Positions 1 to 11,954 of a DNA stretch of 50,192 bases are shown piece by piece. The first letter of the stretch is position 1, and the number at the start of each line of letters is the position of its first letter. This DNA is from Octopus bimaculoides (taxonomy: Eukaryota), in NCBI RefSeq assembly GCF_001194135.2, contig NC_068993.1, forward strand, positions 21,379,496-21,429,687, read 5' to 3'. Below the pieces are notes generated by a model. That model was not told the origin of the DNA and searched no databases. It saw only the letters and a list, made by a program, of their open reading frames with translations. The translations under genes and the position numbers were made by a program.

Positions 1-66
<66 letters not shown>

Positions 67-135
67 TATGATATAAATATAATAACACACAAACACATAC
101 ACACATATGTATATACGTATTATGCATGTATGTAC
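1..135. repeat. (TG)n/(TA)n/(CA)n compound microsatellite
   Basis: Direct reading of the sequence. Confidence 0.95.
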
Positions 136-383
136 GTAATTGTAAAATCCACAGATCTAAATGTAGAAAGTGTGTAAGCTTCGAGTAGTCTGTGGTAGGT
201 ATAAAAAATAACGTTTAGGGACAATAATATTTCATTGGCATCGATGGTTGTAAGCTATTCCCATTCCGAAGTTCGATAGGCTGAAAAAATTATTTTATAG
301 CTCACGGTTAAAATCTTCAGTTGCTATGAATGTGAATAAAAATCTATTATATCATAGGTGCGTTAGCTTGAGATTCTTTCGTC

Positions 384-525
384 GCACTCCGTCGGTTACG
401 ACGACGAGGGTTCCAGTTTAGATGTTTTCACTCAATAAACACTATCAACGCCCGGTCTGGGAATCAAAACCGTGATGCTATGACCTTGAGTCCGCTGCCC
501 TAGCCACTGGGCCATTGCGCCTCCA
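384..525 (-). mobile_element. tRNA-derived SINE (octopus type), decayed
   Basis: The minus strand reads tggaggcgcaaTGGCCCAGTGGctagggcagcggactc...GGTTTTGATTCCcagaccgggcg, giving pol III A and B boxes, followed by a non-tRNA body. Confidence 0.8.
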
Positions 526-1119
526 TTTGAGATTCTTTAACGGCAATATGATATTAATATATTTAAGGTATGTGCAGCCTAATGAGTAGCAAGCTGAGTA
601 CCCCTACTTTAGTAATTATTATTACCGCGAGGATCTGTTAGCATCTCATCAGGTTTCGTGTTTTATAGAAGATACCTCGCTAAATATACTCGGCTTCGTT
701 TGAAATGTTGTTGTCAGTTGGTTGTTGGCTATAGAGACAGGGAATGGATACGTTTTCCGGGTTATAAACAGTTAATGGGTCTGGCTACAGTTCACAGTGA
801 ATACATGACATAAGGTAAAATAATAAAAGAATAAGAAATACGAAAATGACGGAGGATAAGAATTAAAAGATAAAATGAAGAAAGATAAGTATACACGTGT
901 TGACATAAACACATATATAGACGTACGTCACGAGGACACCCCTCCTCAAGCTCACACGGGAGATGTCACTGAATACGGTCATTAAGAACTGAGATGGCCT
1001 TATTCGAGGCAAACGGAGAAAGGGTATCTGCGGCCATTCTACAGTCGGTTTCAGATGACTGGGCCGGCGTATTTACACACGGTGTATTTGATACAAGTAC
1101 AGACGCATACTCATATATA

Positions 1120-1175
1120 TAAATATGTATGTATGTGTGTGTGTATACACATACATATGCATATATTCATATGCG

Positions 1176-1254
<79 letters not shown>

Positions 1255-1295
1255 ATATATATATATGTATATATATNNNNNNNNNNNNNNNNNNN

Positions 1296-1353
<58 letters not shown>
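1120..1353. repeat. Compound (TG)/(TATC)n/(TA)n microsatellite with gap
   Basis: Direct reading of the sequence. Confidence 0.95.
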
Positions 1354-1357
<4 letters not shown>

Positions 1358-1720
1358 TGTATTGTAAGTAAATTGCATACCAACCACATAGTTCAGGGTT
1401 CAGTCCCACTGCGTGGCACCTTGGGCAAGTGTTTTCTACTATAGCCTCCCAGAGCATTTTGAGTGGATTTGGTAGACGGAAACTGAAATATACATAGTTA
1501 CGTATGTGGGTATATATTTGTGTGTCTATGTTGTTCCCCCACCATCGCCTGACAACCAATGTTGGTGTGTTTACGTTCCCGTAACCTAGCGGTTTGGCTA
1601 AAGACCAATAGAATAAGTGCTAAGCTTTCAAAGAATAAGTTCTGGGGTCGATTTGTTCGACTAAAGGCGGCGCTCGAGCATGGCCACAGTCACATGACTG
1701 AAACAGATAAAATAATAAAA
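1354..1720 (+). mobile_element. Near full-length CORE-like tRNA SINE
   Basis: Head tggctgtattgtaag...gggttcagtccc. CORE-like ggcaccttgggcaagtgttttctactatagcc. 3' part gtcgatttgttcgactaaaggcggcgctcgagcatggccacagtcacatgactgaaac. Homologous pieces recur at 9545, 16013-16495 and 36065. Confidence 0.85.
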
Positions 1721-2285
1721 TAACAAGGAAGAATATATATATATATATATATACATATACATACATACATACACGCACTCACACGCTCACATACATCTGT
1801 ATATTTTGTGTATATTTTGTGTATATTTTGTGTATATTTACACATTCCAGATATATCCAAATATGTATTCCTCCACACACACACAGATACGCACTTGCAC
1901 ACACACATACACCTTGGGTGCAGTTTATTTATTATATTTAATTAAAGTATGAATTGATTATTCAGTTCATTGGTTTATCAAAGCCTTTATCTTCAAAACT
2001 GTGGCATTTTAGATTGAAATTTCTGGACTGTTTCTTGTTATTTTCGCTTCCAATATTTATGTATTGTACTTTTTTCTTTTGCACTGCGCGTGTTTTCATG
2101 TGTGACGTGTGCAAATGTGTCTGTGCGTTTGGTTTGTCGTTTTAATGTCTGAGTTCGTTTTGAAGTGGTATGATATTTACTAAGTAGTTGTATCTATTAA
2201 TATCTGTGGTGAGTTTCTAAGCATCCCATCTATATAGCATAACCTCGTATACCGGTCACTTTATCTATAAATCTACCCCTCGATA

Positions 2286-2286
<1 letters not shown>

Positions 2287-2344
<58 letters not shown>

Positions 2345-2354
2345 NNNNNNNNNN

Positions 2355-2404
<50 letters not shown>
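2287..2404. repeat. (CA)n/(TA)n microsatellite with gap
   Basis: Direct reading of the sequence. Confidence 0.95.
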
Positions 2405-2410
<6 letters not shown>

Positions 2411-2518
2411 CATCTTTTTATTTGGTTTTTGTATGCTTTTTTATATGCTTTTATATTCTTATATTTTTATTTATATATTTGTATTTGAATTTTTTAAAAT
2501 TCATGAATTGGAATTTGT

Positions 2519-2653
2519 AAATCTGTAAACAGGCCTAGCGAATCGTGCATGTACCCCGATTGCATCCTTTTCATCTACGAATCATTGCAGCGTACGGGAG
2601 CTATATAGATAGAATGGGGCATGCCAACGCCAGGCCGAAACAGCTGTAAGATT
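2519..2653 (+). ncRNA. Decayed hammerhead-like motif (PLE terminal repeat remnant)
   Basis: aaatct|gtaaaca|ggcct...aggcc|GAAAC agct GTA|agattt. Stems I and II and the palindromic stem III (ACAGCTGT) are intact, but the 7-nt CUGANGA core is destroyed. Confidence 0.4.
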
Positions 2654-2840
2654 TTGTCCCTTCTGCGGTTGCTAGAAGTCCTTTTAAATTTGAAATTTTA
2701 ATTGTTGATATGACATAGTGTCATAAGTGTCTGTACAATGTCTTTATTGTCCTTTTGGTTGTAAAATAAACGGATTAATCAACAGAGTACAGTGTCTGCA
2801 AGTTGATGAGTACCTCATATTCTTCTCCATTTTCATGGTG

Positions 2841-3332
2841 AAAAGTTGGGAACAAAAAGAGGACAGTGGAGACATACAAGGAAGCCTAACGGAAACAAAC
2901 ACGGAGGGTCCTTAAACCAGGACGAGGGTAAAAAGGTAGAAGACGCATCCATTTCCAAGTAAGTTTATCTTAACCTTTTTGATGCGACTCTACACTATAC
3001 TGTGTCCTCCCCCATCTTTCTCTAATTCCCTTTTCCTCCCCATTCATCGTTTTCTATCACTCTCTCCACCTCTTTCTCTTTTTCGCTCTCTCGATACTCG
3101 CACGTGACCATCGTCTATCTTTCTTTTCCTCACATGACCATCTTTCTTTTCCTCCAGGAGGTGCAAAGAATTGGACGTCTTCTATCTCTCTCTTCCATCT
3201 TTTCTCTTTCCAAAGAATATATTTCTCCAGCGTTCACTATGTTACACTCGTTCTGGTCTAACGATCCTCCATGTTTGTTTTCATTCGGTTTCCTTGTATG
3301 TCTCCAATGTCCCCTTTTTGCTCCCAACTTTT
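2841..3332. repeat. Inverted repeat with ~92-bp arms (2841-2932 / 3241-3332) around a CT-rich spacer
   Basis: I count 14 mismatches in 92 bp (~85% identity). An inner match also exists between ~2935-2958 and ~3168-3190. Confidence 0.85.
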
Positions 3333-3678
3333 AACACTCCATAAATCCAAAATTTTATTTTGGTATTTATGGCAGTAACTGTCTTCAAAGACTCATATTG
3401 TCGTTCAATACTAGAAATGAGGAGTAGATAGACAGCCGACAACTGATGAAGGGTCGTTCTNNNNNNNNNNCGCATCCATTTCCAAGTAAGTTTATCTTAA
3501 CCTTTTTGATGCGACTCTACACTATACTGTGTCCTCCCCCATCTTTCTCTAATTCCCTTTTCCTCCCCATTCATCGTTTTCTATCACTCTCTCCACCTCT
3601 TTCTCTTTTTCGCTCTCTCGATACTCGCACGTGACCATCGTCTATCTTTCTTTTCCTCACATGACCATCTTTCTTTTC
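2944..3678. repeat. Identical 208-bp direct duplication (2944-3151 = 3471-3678), second copy bounded by N gaps
   Basis: Exact match at offset 527. Probably an assembly overlap. Confidence 0.85.
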
Positions 3679-4401
3679 NNNNNNNNNNNNNNNNNNNNNN
3701 NNNNNNNNNNNNNNNNNNNNNNNNNNNNNNNNNNNNNNNNNNNNNNNNNNNNNNNNNNNNNNNNNNNNNNNNNNNNNNNNNNNNNNNNNNNNNNNNNNNN
3801 NNNNNNNNNNNNNNNNNNNNNNNNNNNNNNNNNNNNNNNNNNNNNNNNNNNNNNNNNNNNNNNNNNNNNNNNNNNNNNNNNNNNNNNNNNNNNNNNNNNN
3901 NNNNNNNNNNNNNNNNNNNNNNNNNNNNNNNNNNNNNNNNNNNNNNNNNNNNNNNNNNNNNNNNNNNNNNNNNNNNNNNNNNNNNNNNNNNNNNNNNNNN
4001 NNNNNNNNNNNNNNNNNNNNNNNNNNNNNNNNNNNNNNNNNNNNNNNNNNNNNNNNNNNNNNNNNNNNNNNNNNNNNNNNNNNNNNNNNNNNNNNNNNNN
4101 NNNNNNNNNNNNNNNNNNNNNNNNNNNNNNNNNNNNNNNNNNNNNNNNNNNNNNNNNNNNNNNNNNNNNNNNNNNNNNNNNNNNNNNNNNNNNNNNNNNN
4201 NNNNNNNNNNNNNNNNNNNNNNNNNNNNNNNNNNNNNNNNNNNNNNNNNNNNNNNNNNNNNNNNNNNNNNNNNNNNNNNNNNNNNNNNNNNNNNNNNNNN
4301 NNNNNNNNNNNNNNNNNNNNNNNNNNNNNNNNNNNNNNNNNNNNNNNNNNNNNNNNNNNNNNNNNNNNNNNNNNNNNNNNNNNNNNNNNNNNNNNNNNNN
4401 N

Positions 4402-4446
<45 letters not shown>

Positions 4447-5837
4447 AAATACTTGCTCTACTAAGCACTTCTACGCACACATATATATAGTTTCCTACTC
4501 CTTCTATATTTCTGTCTATTTATCTAACCATTAACCCTCTGCCTGGCAGTTGTAGAAAGCAAAACCTATACAATTGAGCTATTTTCTTATTAATTCTTCT
4601 GTGAAAGTGTTATAACATTTTAAGTAACAATGTATTGATCTGCAATAACCCCCCCCCCCCACAAATTATTGCATTTATTCTGATTTTTTTTTAAACCACA
4701 AATATGCATATGGAAAGGCGGATGTAAAACCTCTTCTGCAAACGTGTTTTCTTTTAATATAACATTTGATATTAAAGCTTTCTGTCGCTTAAGTCAGTGA
4801 CCCTGAATGTTTTATCAATGAATGTAAAGGACGATTTACCATCTAACTGTATAACTGAGGCACTTTCTCAATATTTTTCTAGGCTTTCCATTTGTTACAA
4901 TTGGCTTCAGTTTTATATTGCGCAATTTTTTTCAATTATTCGAAATAGCATGTTACCGTTTTACGGTTGCACTATTTTCAATTATCTCAACTATATAAAA
5001 GAAAACACGATGCTGTTTGTTGGGATTCATGCCCACTATGGCGTTTAAGATTTTGTTTATGTGAAAATAATGAACGACAATTTTGACAATCATTCCAGAT
5101 CCACGAAAAATAATTGGATTGTCCCTGGGATAATCCGTTCATTCTTCATGGAAAAGCTGTAAATATATATAGTTATGAGCAATCAAATATTCAGAAAACT
5201 AACAGATCGAATATCACTTGCTGCTGCATCTCAAAAATAGGTACCATTAACTTAACTTACTTTTAAAATGAGTATAAGTATGAATTTGTTCGTACAGTTT
5301 TCATCTAATATAGTTCATCGCTTGGTAATTCAAATTCAATGCAAAATATTTAGATCAGTTTATTGAAAAGCTAAAGTAGATTTTTACTTAGAAGACTATA
5401 CTACTTCATAAAATAATTACTTAAAAAGTTTCTGCGACTAATATTTGGTTTATATTGTTCTTACAAACTTGGCGCACCCTTTTGACAGACTTTACAATAT
5501 TTTGTTCCTTCTGTTGTTTGACTCGTTCATTCGAGCAGAAATTTTAACTGCACTGTCAAAAAGAACATTGTGAATACACACAAATTCACAGTCTCAAGGA
5601 ACGGGGCAAAAGAGAAAGACAATCGAGTAATTAAATTGAATTAATAAAACAAAATGACCTCAGCAATGTCCTTTACAAGTCTATGACTGATTATAAACGT
5701 TGCCTTTGAGTGCATTTTCTTTTTCACTTTTAATAGCTACAAATGAATCTTTGTTATTCATAATCGCTCATGTACTATGAATATCAAAAAAAAAAAAAAA
5801 CCCAGAAAATTTAATAAGGACGAAGTTACTTTTCATA

Positions 5838-6045
5838 ATGTTTTCAAATTTTGGCACAAAGCTAGCGATTTAGGCGGAAGAGTTTTGTCGGTTACCTTGA
5901 CTTCAGTGCTCAACTGGTTATTATTTTATCGACCCCGAAAAGATAAAAGGCAAAATTCAATTTGAACTCAGAAAAGCGAAATTGGAACTCAGAAATGCTG
6001 CTAAGCATTTTTGCCCGGCGTGCTAAAGATTCTGCTGGTCCCCGC
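5838..6045 (-). mobile_element. tRNA-derived SINE (second octopus family)
   Basis: Reverse complement of the consensus-like gcagaatcgttagcacgccgggc...aaatgcttagc...ttctgagttcaaat...tttcggggtcgataaaataa...ccagttgag. The same family occurs at 32.3-33.1 kb and 49.9 kb. Confidence 0.8.
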
Positions 6046-7460
6046 TAAAGGGTTACATTTCATAAAGATAATTTACTATACATTTTATCAAAAATTAAAT
6101 TTTCTTTGGTTTTGGATCCTTCAAACTCTTGATTATGGTATATATCATCCAGAAGAAAATAAAGATCACAATAAAGATACAGGAACCCAAGAAACAAACA
6201 TAAGGGTAAAATAGAACTAGATCATCTTGATGTTTGTTATCATTATCAGTTTAGCTGGCGTACACAAGAAGGAGATCAGTAAGCTATTTTAGCTAAGAAT
6301 AGACTACTACACTGCCAAGAAAGGCACGAAGCCCACTGGGGTTATAGCTTGTAAAGGATTGTGGTTAAGATCTAATTTATTTGTGTTTTTTTTAATCAAA
6401 TACTAAATCTAAGACTACAGGACTGTGTCTGTTTGGAAGGAAGAGCAAGAGTGTGTTGACAGCTCATGGCTAGGTATGGTCATAAATATGTCAAGACATT
6501 AGGAGTAGTAAATTGGATATAGAGTATAAAGAGAGGCTGAGTAGGAGAAGACCGTAAATAATGATGGTATTTACCAGTTAAGGTGGCAAGATGCTAATAA
6601 AATGTACGATGTTAATACAGAGGAAATTTTGTCATGGGATACTATGGATGATTGTTTATAAATAATATTATGTTGTATAAAAATAAAATTTAAGATTATC
6701 AAAACTGATATCATAACCAAAATAGGTAAAAGGTGTGTATATATCAATTTTCAACAATAAAAAGGAAAGATTTCATAGAATCAGTTTAATATTCATTCAT
6801 GTACTTAATTATTTACTTATCACGTGGCTTCTATAAAGACTGCACATGACATTTACTTATGGAATACTGGAAAGATAAACATGCTATCTATAAATTATAA
6901 GCCAAGAATCAGAAAAAAAATAGAGATGTGTACAGATTCACACACATTTTTATCTATATTCACGCATGCACCCATACACAAATATTTATACGTTTATATG
7001 CATACAGTATAACCATCTTGCATAGACTTAAGTAACTAAAACGTGTCTATTTACGAAAAAGAAAGATAACAATTCATAAGGGATAAGAAGTTAATAGGTT
7101 ATGCACACATATGCATATATACTCATATATAAATATTTACACCTTTATATGAATATAGTATAACAATTTCGCATAGGCCTAAGTAGCTGTAAAATCTCTA
7201 TTTAAGAACAGTAACAACTTATAAGCGATAAGAGGCTAATAGGTAACGATATCAAAGTAAGAAAACAAAATATTAAGAACTTATAGAAAATGATAAGAAA
7301 TATACATAACCTACATTTAAAAAGACAGGGCATTAAAATTTGAGATAGGGAAGAGATAAAGGTAACCCAAAAAGAGTGGGTAGGCGGTATGGGCTTAGTG
7401 AAGGCAATTAGAGGTATTCAGACAAAAGAGATTTTATAGGTTGCAATGTTACAGGTACTA

Positions 7461-7500
<40 letters not shown>

Positions 7501-7896
7501 NNNNNNNNNNNNNNNNNNNNNNNNNNNNNNNNNNNNNNNNNNNNNNNNNNNNNNNNNNNNNNNNNNNNNNNNNNNNNNNNNNNNNNNNNNNNNNNNNNNN
7601 NNNNNNNNNNNNNNNNNNNNNNNNNNNNNNNNNNNNNNNNNNNNNNNNNNNNNNNNNNNNNNNNNNNNNNNNNNNNNNNNNNNNNNNNNNNNNNNNNNNN
7701 NNNNNNNNNNNNNNNNNNNNNNNNNNNNNNNNNNNNNNNNNNNNNNNNNNNNNNNNNNNNNNNNNNNNNNNNNNNNNNNNNNNNNNNNNNNNNNNNNNNN
7801 NNNNNNNNNNNNNNNNNNNNNNNNNNNNNNNNNNNNNNNNNNNNNNNNNNNNNNNNNNNNNNNNNNNNNNNNNNNNNNNNNNNNNNNNNNNNNNNN

Positions 7897-7927
<31 letters not shown>

Positions 7928-8280
7928 GATTTTATAGTTTCTAATGGTTATATAATTAGGAGACTTACATAAAAGCGATACAAGGATTTCTTCCATCTTC
8001 TTGCTTTGTAAAAGTATTTGAGAAAAAATATATTAATATGTGCAACTGATTGAAATTCTATTTATTTGTGCAGCTGATGATAGGTCTGCATTTAAATTGA
8101 TGTAATGAATGCATTGTTCAATTAAATGGAGCTTCTTCAAACGGTCATACTGCATCAATTCTTGATATCCTGTTGCTCATTTTGATTTTATTCACCTTAC
8201 TTCGAGCTGTGCGAATAATACTGCTATTACTTGGTGCTTCAATTTCAGTACCCAATTCAACTGAATCTCGATTATTTATC

Positions 8281-8510
<230 letters not shown>

Positions 8511-8569
8511 ACAGCCAACAGTATAAGTAACAGTTAGTGTTTAGACCTACATGAACTTTAGACTAGTTA

Positions 8570-9540
8570 AAATATATTTCTGGAATATTTCAAATACTAA
8601 AGTTCACTGTCGTTACCATGGAGCAAGACATTCTCCCTTTCAGCAAAAGGTGTAAAACACATTATCTGCCCACTATTGCCCTCCATCGGATTCTCAAACA
8701 CAGCGTTTCTTATTCTTTGCCTTTCCTCTATAGGAAATACCGAAGAGAGGTAACTTTGAGCATGTTTTAGGCCGTAGCTTTAACTAAAAGCACCTAACAA
8801 TATTGACTGAGTTTCGCTTTGGGAACACTCTGTCGGCAGAAATTCAGCAGCGTCAGCGCTAATCAGTGATTGGGTATACACGGATTTTAGGTTAGTTAAT
8901 ATATGTTTGTGACACATTTCAACATTTAAAGGCAAATTCAATGCCTTTACTGTGGGGAAAAAATGTCCTTTTATGGTATAATATGTAAATATTCATTATC
9001 TGCTCAGAGTTGCCCTTATCGAAATCTCAGACGCAGCATTTCCGACTCTTCAACCTCTGCCCAATGAGAGCTAGCGAAGAGATGTAACTCTCAGCTGATT
9101 TAAAGCTTTCACCATGCTTTTATTATTCCATTCGTTTCAGCCCTAATTGAACGTAATCATGCTGGGGCAGGGTATATTTTACTGCACGGAAACTACAGAG
9201 AATTTGCCTTTAGAAGTTGAAATATGCCGGAAACATATTTTAACTGACCTAAAGTCTGTGCATGCCTAATCACTGGTTTGTGCTGATACCGTTGAATTTG
9301 TCCTGACTGGGCAGTCCAGCAGCGCAACTGTTAGCTAAAACTACGGCTTTTATCTACTCGGAGATACCTCTTTTCGGTGTTTCCCATTGACGAAGGATAA
9401 AGAGCCAGAATCTCTGCGTCTGGGAATCCGACAGAGGACGACAATGAGCAGATATGGTGTTTTACATCATTTACCTTCAGAGAGAATTGGTTTCTTCGCA
9501 AATTTGTTTTTAGAACTTGAAATGCGTCACAGATATATTT
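8570..9540. repeat. Old ~335-bp repeat unit: one full copy, one partial tandem copy and one inverted copy
   Basis: attatctgcccactattgccctccatcgg at 8661 recurs as attatctgctcagagttgcccttatcga at 8996 (period 335). The reverse complement of ~9200-9500 aligns to ~8615-8940 at roughly 65-70%. Confidence 0.75.
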
Positions 9541-9544
9541 TTTC

Positions 9545-9600
9545 GTGGTGTTCCAGCATCATGGCCACAGTCACATGACTGAAACAAGAAAAAGAATATA
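9545..9600 (+). mobile_element. 3' tail fragment of the CORE-like SINE
   Basis: ggtgttccagcatcatggccacagtcacatgactgaaacaag matches 1665-1705. Confidence 0.75.
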
Positions 9601-9988
9601 TATATATATATATATANNNNNNNNNNNNNNNNNNNNNNNNNNNNNNNNNNNNNNNNNNNNNNNNNNNNNNNNNNNNNNNNNNNNNNNNNNNNNNNNNNNN
9701 NNNNNNNNNNNNNNNNNNNNNNNNNNNNNNNNNNNNNNNNNNNNNNNNNNNNNNNNNNNNNNNNNNNNNNNNNNNNNNNNNNNNNNNNNNNNNNNNNNNN
9801 NNNNNNNNNNNNNNNNNNNNNNNNNNNNNNNNNNNNNNNNNNNNNNNNNNNNNNNNNNNNNNNNNNNNNNNNNNNNNNNNNNNNNNNNNNNNNNNNNNNA
9901 TATATATATATATATATAAATGTTAGAGGTAATACTTGACAATTGTAAGCACCTGTGTATGCCAGTTCGTGGTTGAGGTGAAAGAATA

Positions 9989-10137
9989 AATTGTAAATCC
10001 CAAAAATAACAACAAAAACACAAAGGATTCTGCGGTACACGTGTTTCAAGCTTTATATCAGTGTATTATTTACAATACAAAGCTATCTTCAGCCGCAAAA
10101 GTATGTATTTTTGTTGTTATTTTTGGGATTTACAATT
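9989..10137. repeat. Small fold-back with 34-bp near-perfect arms (9989-10022 / 10104-10137)
   Basis: aattgtaaatcccaaaaataacaacaaaaacaca versus its reverse complement with one mismatch. The right arm abuts (TA)n. Confidence 0.85.
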
Positions 10138-10377
10138 ATATATATATATATACGATAATTTATTGAATTTAATAATATGCTAATATTATTATAGCAGACA
10201 TTCATGTCCAAGAAATACAGTTATGAAATTTCTACTGAAGCTTTCACAGATGATGTGCTTATAGTGATCAAATGTTGTACTGCACATTAACCCACTCGCT
10301 ACATCAAATCAAGATTACCTGTACTGGTGTACTGTGTGCCGCACATCAGATGTCGATGTGATAGTAGAACAATGTCA

Positions 10378-10433
10378 GATGAAGTGTTTTGCTCAGGAAC
10401 ACACCATACCGCCGGGTTCGGAAATGAAACCCC
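10378..10433 (-). mobile_element. SINE head/core fragment
   Basis: gatgaagtgttttgctcaggaacacaccataccgccggg, similar to 35355-35410. Confidence 0.55.
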
Positions 10434-10540
10434 ACATACATGCATACATACATATGTTTATCATTATATATATATGAGTATTTCTAGATATGCATACATA
10501 CATGCATGTATACATACATGCATGTATACATACATGCATG

Positions 10541-10572
<32 letters not shown>

Positions 10573-10590
10573 CATACAAACATACATACA

Positions 10591-11560
10591 GAGATGATAA
10601 TAACATTGAACATCAAAGCAGTCTATCATTAACCAACAACCGGTTTACTACCTCTCAATTTGAAGGGTATACGTTTGCAATCTAGGAACAGGAAATTTCA
10701 ACCAAATACCTGACGTACAAAGGGACAGAGATGCAGGAAAAGCAGTAAAATGTGACAACACTGAATATATCACCCACATCATAAGCAGCTGTTCGAAAAT
10801 GTCATCACGGTACATTCTGCCGACGAGACATGATATTGTAGCTAGAACAATGTATAACGAGATCCGTCAAAAGGATAACGCCCAGGACCAAGAAACAAAA
10901 GCTCACATTATGGTGGAAGCCATAGTCACTCATAATAAAAAAGGAGCACTGCTGGAATGACTCAGTGAAAACCTCAATAAAATATAAACACAATAGACCT
11001 GATATAATGATTTGGGATAGAGAAGAGAAGCTGTGTACAGTTGTGGAGATCATCTGCCTAGCGGATGCTAACATAAAATTGAAGATCAGTGAAAAAGAGA
11101 ATATCTACGCTGAAATATTGAAAAATCTACAGTTATTCTATTATCGGGGCAGTGGGATATGTAACACTGTCTAAATGCCAATCTTGAGAAATTAGGATTC
11201 TCAAAAATAGAAAGGAGAAAGCTGAATCGAAGACTACAGATCCAAGCCATCACTGGAAATGTAAAAATCTGTAAAACTTTGCAGAAGTTTATCATTATAT
11301 ATATATGAGTATTTCCAGATATGCAAGTAATATGCATGAAAAGACATACATGAAACAAAACATAGAAATTTGCACGTATACATATATATATGGACAAACA
11401 TACATACACGCATACATACATACACACATACATACATACATACATACAGAAATACACTGTTGTTGATGTTGAAATTCCAATGATGGAGACTTGGATCAAG
11501 GTTAGAAAACGGTTTTTTATTGGCAAGAAATCTTGAAATAAATCTGAATAATGACAGACA
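10591..11560 (+). mobile_element. 5'-truncated RLE-type (R2/R4/Dong superfamily) non-LTR retrotransposon: ORF C-terminus plus 3' UTR, in (CATA)n
   Basis: Frameshifted translation SQFEGYTFAI*EQEISTKYL ... HIISSCSKMSSRYILPTRHDIVARTMY (zinc knuckle/RHD) ... KHNRPDIMIWDREEKLCTVVEI (PD-(D/E)xK-like) ... IGAVGY ... LQIQAITGNVKICKTLQKF. It is flanked by CATA repeats. Confidence 0.85.
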
Positions 11561-11954
11561 TACATTATATACATACATTATATACATACATTATCAATCG
11601 TACATTTTTAATGCATGGTGTTGTTAAATGCTTCTAGGCTGCGGTCTTTCATCCAAACAAGGTGTGTTTAAAGACGTAAAGCATGCAAAATGCAGTAAAT
11701 TTGAAATCCAAACGAAAAGACTTCGCCGGAGGCAAACAAGGATGTCAGATATCAATATTTCGCAGTTATATCTATCTACTCATGGGAGCTGTATAAGCCA
11801 TTCGCCCTCAAAATTCAAATTGCTGACCTGATGCATATACTGATATATGTAAAAACCTATCTTCTGATGCGCAACAGCTCTCATAACTCGTATATCCTCC
11901 AGTTCTATCATCACAACTGGCAAATATCCCAATTCTCTAAATATCCCTATTGCT

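Noticed and set aside
384-525. tRNA gene (also other A/B-box heads)
   Set aside because: No complete cloverleaf, and the head continues into a SINE body.
3471-3678. 208-bp perfect duplication as a biological tandem repeat
   Set aside because: It is 100% identical and bounded by gaps on both sides, typical of a redundant small contig.
4531-6055. piggyBac-like ends (TTAACCC at ~4531, aaagggtta at ~6047)
   Set aside because: Only a few bases match, there is no extended TIR or transposase, and the right site is a SINE boundary.
7370-7440. GGMGL motif of a LINE C-terminus
   Set aside because: Isolated pentapeptide without supporting flanking motifs.
8068-8090. Lone CTGATGA words here and at ~647(-), ~15394 and ~35632 as hammerheads
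   Set aside because: No downstream GAAAC-stem III or stem I complement.
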